NCBI GenBank assembly: GCA_043228905.1
Contig: JBHGNT010000013.1
Coordinates: 3,844,001 to 3,908,000 of the forward strand
DNA length: 64,000 nucleotides
Direction of reading: 5' to 3'
Source of the DNA: Azolla caroliniana
Lineage: Eukaryota; Plantae; Polypodiophyta
The notes beneath the pieces are model-generated. The model was given only the letters and a program-made list of their open reading frames with translations, was not told the origin of the DNA and searched no databases. The translations under genes and the position numbers were made by a program. Below are positions 37,299-49,537 of the stretch, one piece after another. Position 1 is the first letter of the stretch; every line of letters begins with the position of its first letter.

Positions 37299-37569
37299 CT
37301 GAGACTGACCAACTGTCACAATGGATACCTTCTCCAGGTGTGCTTTCGTACAACTCTACCTAGGAGACTGGGGCAACAATTAATGTATTAAATATGGCCT
37401 AGGGACATTTCGAGTGTGACGTATAATATCTTTGTGCATTCGAGTGTGACGTAATGAATTTGTTTTTTGTTTTTTGAAATTTATTTACAATTTTTAATGT
37501 TTATTTTCTTCTTCGATTTAGTACTAAATTTTTGGCCAAAAGTTGGTACACCGTAGAATGCTTCGACCC

Positions 37570-38180
37570 ATTAGTCAGTTCATGTCGCGGTCAACCGAGG
37601 AGCACCTTCAGTGCATGCAACGCGTACTCAGGTACGTCAGTGGCACTAAGGACCGAGGGCTACTATATCAGACCGGTACTGCCGCGCAACTAGTTTGCTA
37701 TACAGACACTGACTGGGCCGGAAATGTCGGCGATCGCCGATCCACATCCGGATTCGTGTTCTCCCTTGGGAACACCGCGATCACATGGAGTAGCAAGAAG
37801 CAACCGACAATTGCACTGTCGAGCACAGAGGCTGAGCATCGAGGAGCGGCTGTCGCAACATGCGAAGCCATATGGTTGAAGCGGCTACTTAAGGATCTGC
37901 AGGTGGAGGTGTTCGATCCGACGACGATCTACTGCGGCAACCTCAGCAACATCCAACTTGAGAAGAACCCTGTCTTCCACACCTGAACTAAGAAAATTGA
38001 GGTGCACTACCACTTTGTCCGTGAGCGTGTCCTCTCTGGTGAAGTTGAACTTCAATATGTTTCGACGGATTGGCAAACCGCTGAAATTTTCACCAAGCTC
38101 CTTGGTCTGGACAAGTTGCGGCAATTCTCGGGTGCGCTTGGGTTGCAGCACCTTGACGTACCGAACTTGAGGGGGAGAAA
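37570..38180 (+). pseudogene. Copia RT C-terminus and RNase H remnant
   Basis: YTDTDWAG...RRSTSG, WSSKKQ, SSTEAE, HYHFVRE. Confidence 0.9.
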
Positions 38181-39060
38181 GGTCTTGCAAGACCACGGAA
38201 AGGAACGGAAGTGACCGCGACATCAAATCGGATGACGAATTCAATTTGACGTCGACTGAAGAAGCCGAAGATGGATCCATGGAAGAGTCCGGAAGTGGAC
38301 GAGAGGGCAGCAGCCGAAAGAAAGAGACGGAGCCAGCCAAACATGGGGGAGATGAAGCCAACAAAGTTGAGAAGGCCAAAATTGAGGACGAATTGGAGAC
38401 AGCCAATTCGGACAAAAACAGAGACGAATCGGAGGAAGCCGATTCAGCTCGGATGTTTGATTCGGAGATGCCGAATCAACTGAAGACCAAGCGGAATAAA
38501 GGGCAGCAGAAGAGGTGCCAACACTATGACAACAAGGGAGCTGGAAAAGGCCGCACGAGACGTAAGGATCGAGACGCGCGGAATCGAACAGGTCGAGGAG
38601 CGTGAGCGAGGCGTGAAGTCAAGAGAAACTGGAGCGAAGGACCAGAAGAGTGTCAAGTTGAGCTTGAGGGGGAGTGTTGAGATACAAGCTCAACATTGGC
38701 CAGATCGGTGCGTAAACCAGTATGCAACAAGAGGCCGGATCGATGCGGAAACCGGGAGGCCATTGAACAGATATTCTGCGAGGGAATATATTTGGGAGTT
38801 AGTGTAGGAGCTCAGTTATGAGCATTGAAGTACGTGTCAGTACTTCAGTCAGTCAGTATGGACTTGTATAAAAGTGCTCCTTGAGCACATCCTATGTACA
38901 AAGGTTTTACACATTATTTCAAGAATTTAGTTTTTTCTGTGTGTTCATTCCCTCTCTTTCTCTCCTGCGTACATTGTGTCTTAAGTTCTCCATTAAACCT
39001 ATTTTTCTTTCTTTGTCGATATTCTGTGTTTTGTATAGTTTCCGCACGTAACATTTCACA

Positions 39061-40404
39061 TATATGATATGTGTGTGTGTTCTATACATGTGCATATGTA
39101 TGGCATGTGTGTATGTATCTTGTATATATATGTGTGTGTGTGTGTATGTTGTATATATTTGTATGTGTATATATGTATATGTTGTGTGTATGTATGTACG
39201 TACAGGTGTATATATGTATGTGTTGTGTGTATGTATGTATGTATGTACATATCGTATGATTGTATTGTATATTGTATGTATGCCATGTGTGTGTATGTAC
39301 ATATTGTATTGTATATATTGTGTGTATTGCATGTGAGTATGTAGGGTATGTGTTATGTGCTTGTGTGTATGTTCTATGTATGTGCATATGTATGTAGATA
39401 TTATATTGCATGTGTGTATATGTATGTATGTGTTATATGGGTGTGTATGTATTATATGAATTATATGTATAGCATGTGTGTTTGTGTGTGTGTTCTATAT
39501 ATGTGTATATGTATTGTATTGCATGCATATATATGTATTTGTTGAGTGTATGTATTGATGTGTATATGCATGTATGTGTATATTGTATTGCATTGTATTT
39601 TTTTCCCCCCAGAATATATCCTTTCATTAGTTATAAACAGTTATTACAAGAATGTTGACCTACCGTCAGGCTACCTATATTGCATTGTATTGCAATGTAT
39701 CATACTGTATTAATTGCATTGTATGTATGACATATTGTATTGTGTTGCATGTGTTGTATGTATGGCATGTGAGTATGTATAATGTATCTATGTGTTATGT
39801 GTGTGTATATTCTATCTATGTGCATATGTATGTATTGTATATGGGGCATGTGTCCATGTACATATGTGTTATGTGTGTGCATGTCCTATATATGTGCATA
39901 TGTATGTATGGCATGTGTGTACATATGTGTGTGCTATATGTGTGTGTATGTTCTATACATGTGTGTGTGTTCTATATTTCTACATATGTATGTATTATGT
40001 ATTGTATATATATCACGTGTCTATGTATGTATGTGTGTATTTTCTATTGATGTACATATGTATGTATTATATTGCATGTGCATATATGTATGTGTGTATG
40101 TACAACATATTGTATTGTATTAAATGTGTTGTATGTATGGCATGTGTGTGTGTGTATGTTCTTTACACGTGCATGTGTATTTATTGTATGTATTCGATGT
40201 ATGGCACGTGTGTATGTGTATATGTGTGTATTTGAGCATACAATACAATATATACATACAATAAATACATATATATGTGAATATGTATGTGTATGGATCA
40301 TATATGGATGTATGTTTGTAATATGTACGTAATATGCACTCATATATCCGATATGTGTGAATGTATGTATATATGTAAGTATTGTAGTTTGTATGGTCCC
40401 ATAT

Positions 40405-40443
<39 letters not shown>

Positions 40444-40900
40444 AGATATGTGAAATATGTATGTACATATATAATGTATATATGTATGTATGTATGTATT
40501 GCATCTATGTATGTATATAATGTATGTAAATTTGCATAGTGTGATAGTGTAAATGTATGGATTATATGATATGTAATATGTAATTTATTTGTGTGTGTGT
40601 GCAACTTGTTTGTATGTATGTCAATTTGTAATACATATAATATGTGATTGTACATATTTATGTGCATGTGTATGTGTATATATAATATATAATTTATTTA
40701 TGTATGTGTATTTTTTGTGTTTGGTATGTATATTTGTATGTGCATAATTTTTACATATATTCATGTTTAGTTAGTATGCATGTATAAATGGGTGTAATGT
40801 ATGTATACACATATTCATGGATGTAATGTTTAAATGTAGGTATATATGTTTAAATAATGCATGTATGCATGTATATTATATATGTATGTATGCTACTACA
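39061..40900. repeat. Long degenerate TA/TG simple-sequence array
   Basis: Alternating purine-pyrimidine tracts, including a pure (TA)n run at about 40409-40441. Confidence 0.92.
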
Positions 40901-43300
40901 AATTTGACTATTGTTTGCACAATATATTCTTTACTATCTCATTGCAATATCTAATATTTCATGGGCTTATGTAATTTTTTTCTCCAACATAATTGATAAT
41001 ACCCTTATGTAAATATATTTTTTATGTATTTATTAATACCCTTATATATATACATTATGTATCTCAATGGTTAATTTAAACCCCTTTTGATGAACTCACG
41101 TGCTAGCATACAAGTTTTGACAGTGAAGCCCTCGAGATTCGGATGCATCCCACCGATTAGGGGAAGACAATTTTTGTCATGGAATGGGGCGTATTTGTAG
41201 TAGTCGTTATGTTGTTTGGTATTAAAATGTCTCTGACAACATTTCAAAGAGTGTTCATGGAAATATTTTTGGATTATATGTCGGCATTTATGCAGGTATT
41301 TTTGGATGACTTTGGAGAACCGACCATTTTGAACATCTCTAGTTTTGTTTGGAGTGTCAGCAAGGAAGGTTAAGCTTAAACCCAACAAAATGCACATTCG
41401 GGGTGACAAGTGGAACGCTGCTGGGGCATATTGTGAGTAGGGATAGAATTGTCGTAGACATTGACAAAGTAAATGCAATAATCGAGGTGCCGCCACTAAC
41501 AAATGCTACGACGTTGAGCCGATTTCTGGGCCAAAATTTGATGGCACAACCGAATGATTAGGTATTTGGTTGACGTCGCAACACCTCTACATCCGGCAGT
41601 TCATAAAACACCGTTCAATTCGTCGGCAACTGAACAAGAGGCTTACATTGTCTAAAGAAAATGCTGACTAGAGTACCAGTTGTGCAACCACCAAATTGGG
41701 GAAGAGACTTTCATGTATTTGTCAATGCCTTAGATGTAGCTATTGGAAGTGCATTGATGCAGTTATCGAAGCCAAACTGATACAAACTAGTATATTACGC
41801 GAGTTGGAAGTTGTCAGCTCCCGAATGAAACTATTTGACAACTAAACGGGAGGCTCTAGGTATGATATATAGTGTGAAGAAGTTCTGACACTACCTGGTA
41901 GGTTAGAAATTTACATTCCATGTCGATCATTCTGCCCTACTATACTTAGTGTCGAAGCAGTCATTGTTTGGCAAATTGGCAAGATGGACGCTGCTCTTAC
42001 AAGAATTCGAATTCAACATTATCCATCGTCCAGGAGTCCAACATGCAGTCGCCGACTCGGAAATTACATTCCATGTCGATCATTCTGTCCTACTGTACTT
42101 GGTGTCGAAGTAATCATTGACTGGCAAACTAGCAAGATGGACGTTGCTCTTATAGGAATTCGAATTCAACATTGTCCATCGTCCAGGAGTCCAACATGTA
42201 GTCGCCGACTATTTCAGTCGATTGGAGTCGGGAGAACCATGTACAATGTTCGTGATGATTTTCCAAATGTGCAATTGTTCCGATTTGAAGCTGAGAATCC
42301 GACAGAAGTAGATGAGGAAGAAGTCGATCTATGGATCATGGAGATGACAATAGTTCTCAGTATAGGACTACCGCATGAGGGAATGACACCGGACGAGCGT
42401 AAACGATTGGCAATTCGGAGTTGGAACTTCAGTTTGGTCAAGGAAACATTGTATCATAAGGGAGCAGATGGCATATGGAGACGAGCAGTTCGACAATTTG
42501 AGAAAGTTGTTTTCTACAAAGCCGATTGTAATATTTCTAGCGGGCACTATGCAGGTCACACGACCACTCGGAAAATCTGGAACAGTGGATTATGGTGGCC
42601 GACGACTCTGAAAGATGAAGTAAACTATTGTTGACAATATGATTTGCGTCAATGAATCAACCAACCCAATGAGAAAGGTCGAATGCCACATCAACCGATA
42701 TTGCCGCTTGAACCATTTCAAAAATTTGTCTCGACTTTTGGAGCCATTTAAACCAGTAGCGTCAAGAACATGCAACCAATATGTCATAGTCGCTATCGAC
42801 TACTGTATGAAATGGGTTGAAGCCAAAGCTCTTTGGGATAATATGGTGGCTTCAACGACCAAATTCCTCTACGAATGCATATGTTGCAGATTCAACTGCC
42901 CAATGCCATGAAGACATGACCATTATGGCGTCACCCGAACTTGAATCTCGAACCTTGTAATCCATAATTGAAAACCTCAACCATTAAGATAGGTTATTGT
43001 CATATGAGAGGATATGACAAAAAGCTACTTTTTGTCTTAGTTTGATTATTGTAAAAACTCTAGGTCATTCTAAAACATTCTAAGCTATTCTTTAGGAACC
43101 TATAAATAAGGGCATACATGTATTCTCAAATCAATTCGAATCAACACCAACCTTTAGCTCTCATTACATATCTTGTATCCATTCTCTTTCTTTCTATATC
43201 TTAATACACCCATTCTTCTCTTAGCATTTCGTTCCTTTCTTCTCGTGTTCCCTTATATCCTTCTTCCATCACTCTATCTTTTATGCTTGGTTCTGACAAT

Positions 43301-43312
43301 TTGATTCGAATT
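43301..43312 (+). promoter_or_regulatory. Self-priming primer-binding site
   Basis: TTGATTCGAATT is the reverse complement of AATTCGAATCAA at 43133-43144, 32 nt after TATAAATA (43101). Confidence 0.85.
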
Positions 43313-46300
43313 CCCTCTCTCTCTCTCTCTCATCCTCCTTTGTAACCATCACGAAACCATGGCCACCATTAACTCAGAAGAATATCTCACCCTTGTTGCA
43401 GAAATGGAGAATCTTACATCCAAGTTCGCATCTCTTGAAGTAGAGAATCAACGTCTACTCGGGGATCTACAAAAGGTTACTATAGAGAAGTAACAACAAC
43501 AAGAGGAGTTCAGGCGACGGGTTCCACAGTTAGAGTCGACAATCGCAGTGTTACAACAAAAAAGGGTCGAAGGTCAAGGACTTATCGAGGACCCCAAAAT
43601 CAATCTCCCAACTAAATTTGACGGTTCGAGGGTGCATTTCCAAGGTTTCTTGAATCAAGTACGGTTGGTGATTCAAATGCATCCCACATGTTATCCGACA
43701 GATGCATCACGAGTCGGGTTAGTGGGCACCTTATTGATTGGCATAACGTTTTCGTGGTTTGCTCCATTGCTAGAGACAAATTCTCCTCTACTGAATAATT
43801 TTGAGAAATTTATCAAAGAATTTAAGGCTTGTTTTAGAGATACTGATGGGGTGAGAACAACTATCAACAAGATTCGTACACTACGTCAAGGTGATCAGCC
43901 AACCTCGACATATGCATCCAATTTCCGTCTCATCGCAAGCGATATTCCTCGGGATGAACAAGCCCTAATGGAGCAATTCCATTCAGGCATTCATAGTGAT
44001 GTCAAAGACTTACTTCTTACCTTACCCAAGGATCCAAGGTCACTTACAGAAGCTATTAGTCAAGCAATACAGTGTGATAATCGCCTTTTTGAGCGTCGAT
44101 GTGAGCGACAACAACATAACAAGATCAAGATTCACACCAACTTATGCATCAGTAATGTCGCAATCATCGCCAAGGCAAACATATAGCCTTGCTCCAACTC
44201 CAAGGCAAACACGTAGTCCAGTCCCAATGGATAGTCCTACACCCATGGAGATCAATGTCACTCAACGACGAGGACCATTGTTGGACGAAGAGAAGCAACG
44301 ATGCCGAGCAAACCGTGTGTGCTTATATTGCGGAGGTCTAGGACATATAGCCATTCATTGCTCTCGTAGGCCGAGACGTCAAATAAATCAAATTCCCTAT
44401 GACAATAAAAATGAGTCCAACATTTTAGAAGCAATTAATGAATCAAATATTATGGATAATCCACCCTTGTCCAATCAGTTTGAAGCGGTTAGTGAATCAA
44501 ATATTATGGATAATCCACCCTTGTCCAATAAGTTTGAAGTCCTAAGCTAATTAGAAGAGGAGTCAAACGAATAAGTCCGGCCAAAATAGGAGCCATTTGG
44601 TTGGACACCCCAAGATATGTACAACCTAGTGTGGGTTCCATTTCTTCCAAGCATGTTAGGACACTGAGTTGTCAACTTCAAGTCCAAGCCCTCTTAAATA
44701 TTGGAGCCAATTCTTGTTTCATGGATAGAGATTTTGCCCAAAAACACCAAGTATCCTTGTATACACTTCCTTGTCCAATTTCTGTAGTAGTGATTGATGG
44801 ACGTTTATAGCTTCCGGGAAAATATTCGAAAAGTCTGAGCCAATACACATACTCTTAGGAGATTTAGGATGTGTAGTGTCCTTTAACATAATCCATAGTC
44901 CTGAGCATCCAATTGTCCTCGGTTTGCCATGGTTCGAGCTACATAACCCTAGAATCGATTGGAGGAAGCGAGAAATTTGGTGCCCTTCAGCAGAAAATAT
45001 CATTTCCAAGGATCGAACTCAAGATTATTCTCTTGAAGAACATAGTTCTACCAATGCACCACCATCTCCTTTTCATCAAATTTCAGCCATCACATTGTAA
45101 CAATTGTACCAAGTGGGAGGCAAGAAGGACCTTTTCTTATTTGTAGTATCAGTGACACCTTCTAGTGACACTCAAGGGAATTCAGACATCCAAATTCCCA
45201 AAAAATATCAAGACTATGCTGATGTTTTCGACAAACTCAAAGTTAGTGTTCTTCCAAAGCATCGACCGTACGACTATGTTATTGATCTCCAACCAGGAAA
45301 AGAGCCACCGTGGGGTCCGATTTACAATTTATCACCCATTGAGCTTGAGGTTCTTCCAGAATACATCGAGGAAAATCTTACACATGGTTTTATTCGACAT
45401 TCAAAATCTCCCGTTGGTGCTCCTATCGTTTTTGTGAAGAAAAAGGACGGCTCCCTTCGTTTGGTCGTGGACTATCGAGGCTTAAATAAATTCATCATAA
45501 GGAATAGGTATGCTCTACCTTTAATCTCCAGTCTCTTAGAACGCATTGGTGGGGAAAAGCATTTTACCAAAATTGATCTAAGGGGTGCATATAATCTTGT
45601 TCGAATTTGACCGGGAGATGAATGGAAAACTTCATTTCGTACTCAATATGGTCATTTCAAGTATACAATCATGCCTTTCGGGTTCACAAATGCACCCGCA
45701 ATATTTCAAAATATAGCAAATGACATTTTCCGGGACTTCTTGGATATCTTTGTCATCATCTACCTAGATGATCTGTTGATTTACTCTAAAACACAGGAGG
45801 AGCATGATATACATGTGTGAAAAGTACTTGAACGCCTAAGAAAGTATGGTCTTTATGCCAAACTTGAGAAATGCAGTTTTGATTGCAAACAAGTTGAATT
45901 TTTGGGATACACTATTTCATCCAAGGGTATTTTCATGGATCCGGTAAAAGTCCAAACAATATTGGAATGGAAACCCCCATGCTCAGTTCGGGACGTCCAA
46001 TGTTTCCTTGGATTTGTGAACTTCTATCGCAAATTCATACATAATTATTCAAGCATTGCATTGCCCCTCACCCAACTCACCAAGAAAAATCAAGCATTTT
46101 TTTGGAGTATGAAAGCGGACAAGGCTTTTACTCAGCTGAAAGAGGCATTCACAACACCACCTATCTTAGTGCATATTGATCCCGAAAAGCCATTTACTAT
46201 TGAGGCGGATGCGTCAGACTTCGCATTGGGGAGTATCCTATCACAACCAGGCGAGGACGGGCAGACTCATCCAGTTGCGTTTCACTCAAGAAAATTTACT

Positions 46301-47837
46301 ATTTTGGAGATAAACTATAAGGTGCATGACAAGGAGTTACTAGCTGTGGTTGACTCATTCGAGCAAGGATCGCCTCATCAGATTATCATTTATAGTGATA
46401 ACAAAAATCTAACATATTTTCCAACAACTTGAGTATTAAATAGAAGAAAAGCTCGATGGGCCCAATTTCTGGCGTGTTTCGATTTCAAGATCACTTTTCA
46501 CCCTGGAAAACAACAAGGGAAGGCAGATGCTTTGTCTTGACGTTCGTATCTAGCTCTTCGACTTGGAGATCCGGCCTTTGACAATCAAAAGCAGATTCTC
46601 CTCATGCCATCAAAGTTATAAGCAATAATAATTTATGTCACGCCACTTGATTCTAGCCTTCTTGACATTATTCGGCAACAACTTCACTCTGATGATTTTG
46701 CTAAGGATGTCTTAGCCCACATTGGTTCCAGCTATCCATCTTGCTTCACATTGGAAGGGTCATCTCAACATTACCAGGACTTCAACTAGCAAGATGCTTA
46801 CTCTTCCACAAGAATCTCCTTTACATCCCTGATGGATCACCTCAACTTCATCTGTTAGAACATTATCATGATGTCCCCATGGCTGGACATTTTTGTATTG
46901 CCAAGACCATTCATTTGGTGAAACGTTCGTTTTGTTAGCCTCACATGCAAAAATTTGTCGAAGATTATGTTCGCACATCTGACACCCGTTGTCGCACCAA
47001 AATACCCAGGCATCATACTTATGTCTTACTACAACCATTACCACCTCCCAACAAGCCATTGTTACGGGCATGACCATATGATATCCCGAGGTGAGAATTT
47101 ACCGTAGTATTCTATATATGTTGTTGTGATGTTCTATGTTCGATGGGAGAAATTGTGAAATATTGTGGCTCCACACACATTATAAATATGAAAATTAGCC
47201 TAGGGTTTGATGACATTCAAGTGCATATAGAAGGGTGCAAGCAAGATTTGAACCTTGCACTTCTACGATAGGAAGCAATTATCTTACCACTAAAGCTACT
47301 ACTAAATACTTTTGATTTTGTATATTTCCTTCCCATATTTAGTATTCCATAGGAAACAAACATACAAAACCGTGTATACAAAACCATGGTTTTAGCCTAT
47401 GGTTTTCTGCATGCCACAAGGAAAACCGTGTGCCCAAAAACCATGGGTTCAAGCCCATGGTTTTGTGCATGTTAGAAGGATAGATAAACCCATAAAATTC
47501 CTCGTAAGGCTTGTGTAATAGGGGGGGGATCAATCAATGGATGAATCAAACAATCTATGAATCAATCTATGTATCAAATCGAAAATTAATAATAAGAATA
47601 CTTAATTATCTTATTGGTGATGTGTATCTATCTACCTATCTATCTTAAAAACTTCCTCAAATTTTGTTTCTCTCTCTCTCTCACTCTAACCACATTAGTG
47701 CGTCACTTCAGCCACCCATCATCCATAACCACTAGCGGATAGAGGCCCGGTGCTTGTCCGCGCTTGTTACGCGCACATTCCGACGTTTGGCACGTGTGTC
47801 ACGTGCCACACGACATCTATTGGTGAACCCGATGTGA

Positions 47838-49250
47838 ACAACACAAGGTGGTTATGGGGGCATTACGAATGGAGGAACATGTGATGAAGAACGCAAACTT
47901 AAAGGGAGGGAATGTGATCAACATGAAGATCATTGCAAACTCAAGACAAGAGAGAGATGCATCAAAGAAGGATGCAATTGTGAAGAGATATGTGATGAAG
48001 AATGTGGGCTCAAGAGGGAAGATAGAGAAGGATGCAATCATAAAGAGACAAGCAATGAAGAACATCAATTCGAGGGGAATGACCAAGATACTCAAGGATG
48101 CAGTCATGAAGAAACTTTTAGCGAAGAAAGTGGGCTTGTAAGGAAAGATGAAGATACTCAAAGATGCAATGGTGAAGAGACATCTGACAAAGAACGTGGG
48201 CTTGAGGAGACCGATCAAGATCTACACAGGCATGACACAGACAAAGATCATTACAAACTCACAAAGAGTGCTCGAGATCTACAAGGTTATGATCGTGACA
48301 AAGATTACTGTGAACACAAGAGGAGGAATCAAGCTCTTCATGGTTGTGCTAATGAAAAAGCACTCAACGAAAGTCATGACGGTGAGAATAGTTGGGATCA
48401 AGACTTTCATGGTTTAAAATCTTATGACAAGTATGATAGTTTTAATGAGAGCCACAAACAAGAGAAGAAGTTAGGAAGGGATAAAAACTTTACATTTAAA
48501 CTTAATGATGATGATGATTTAGGGCTTGAAGATAGTAAGGGAGAGTGTATTATTGATGGTGAGAGTGAGTGCCATGAGAAGAATGAGGGTTATGATGGTA
48601 AAAAGTTGTGCACTTTTTGTGGATATGGTTATGATAAGGGTAACGATGAGGGTGAGAGCGACGAAAAAGAATTGTGTGTTTTAGGTTGCCTTGGTTTTCT
48701 TCAGGATAGATTTTATAAGAGTTTCACTAGATCAAATGGTGACATTCATGAGGACATCCATTATGAAAATAGAATAGGGATTTGTGATGATGAGGACATT
48801 CTACAAAAATATGTCCATGATGACGTGGGGTTACATAATGATTACAAGGGTATAAGTATGGAAAATCTAGAAAATATTATTTGGGATGAGTATCATGATG
48901 ATGTTGATGTTGTGAGTATGTGTGGGAAGGACAGGATTAAAGTTGATAGTATTGAGGATAATCTACAAAATGTTAGGATGGTTTGGGATGTGTCTAATGA
49001 TAATGTTGATGTTGTGAGCATGAGGAAAAGCAAGCATAAGATGAGAAAAGACGATCCGAGGAAGTTTGATGACCAAGGAGATGGTCGAGATGAGGGCGGC
49101 ACATGTACGATATATGAAGAGTTACGCTCAGGAGGAGCAAAAGGGGTTACGACAAGTGGTCATGGAAATGCGAAAGGTGATCGAATGATATGGTTGATCG
49201 GGTGGAAGGAATGCATATACTCAAAATGGAGGACAAAGGACGACGCGTAA
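47838..49250 (+). other. Stop-free 470-codon frame (acidic, Cys/His-rich repeats) lacking a 5' start codon
   Basis: Manual translation is open from 47838 into the listed ORF 48606-49250. Confidence 0.6.
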
Positions 49251-49482
49251 GGAAGGAGGAAATCAAAGACAAACCACCTTTTGACTCCGCCACATCACTC
49301 TTTTCTTCTTGGCACATGCCGGAGGATGTGCGGTTTGGTGGGGGTGGATGTCGTGATGTTCTATGTCCGATGGGAGAAATTGTGAAATACTGTGGCTCCA
49401 CAAACATTATACACATGATTATAAATATGAAAATTAGCCTAGGGTTTGATGACATTCAAGTGCATATAGAAGGGTGCAAGCA

Positions 49483-49537
49483 AGATTTGAACCTTGCACT
49501 TCTAAGATAGGAAGCAATTATCTTACCACTAAAGCTA
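49483..49537 (-). promoter_or_regulatory. tRNA-type A/B box module in LTR U3 (antisense)
   Basis: Minus TAGCTTTAGTGG and GGTTCAAATCT, 44 nt apart; copy in the 5' LTR at about 47244-47298. Confidence 0.55.

Larger units (their letters stand above)
21045..37569 (+). mobile_element. Large Sola2-like DNA transposon (about 12.4 kb without the nested Gypsy)
   Basis: 26-bp TIR GGGTCGAAGCA(CG/TT)CTACGGTGTACCA at 21045-21070 and 37544-37569; 4-bp TSD ATTA; removal restores the Copia frame VGLISQFM; DDD transposase inside. Confidence 0.85.
14764..39060 (+). mobile_element. Degenerate Ty1/Copia element hosting about 18.7 kb of nested insertions
   Basis: LTRs 14764-15175 and 38675-39060, PBS TGGTATTAGAGC 15176-15187, PPT TTGAGGGGGAG ending at 38674. 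Coding pieces 15250-18019, 20211-21044 and 37570-38180 are collinear once inserts are removed. TSD degenerate (TATGG/TATAT). Confidence 0.9.

Noticed and set aside
21045-37569. CACTA, hAT, Mutator or host-gene interpretation
   Set aside because: GGG termini, a 4-bp TSD and the HGKG..DG motif do not fit those superfamilies, and the TIRs and TSD show the whole block is mobile.
38919-40667. Cys/Val/Tyr/Met- or His/Thr/Ile-rich ORFs
   Set aside because: They are translation artefacts of TA/TG simple repeats; the same applies to 14171-14932.
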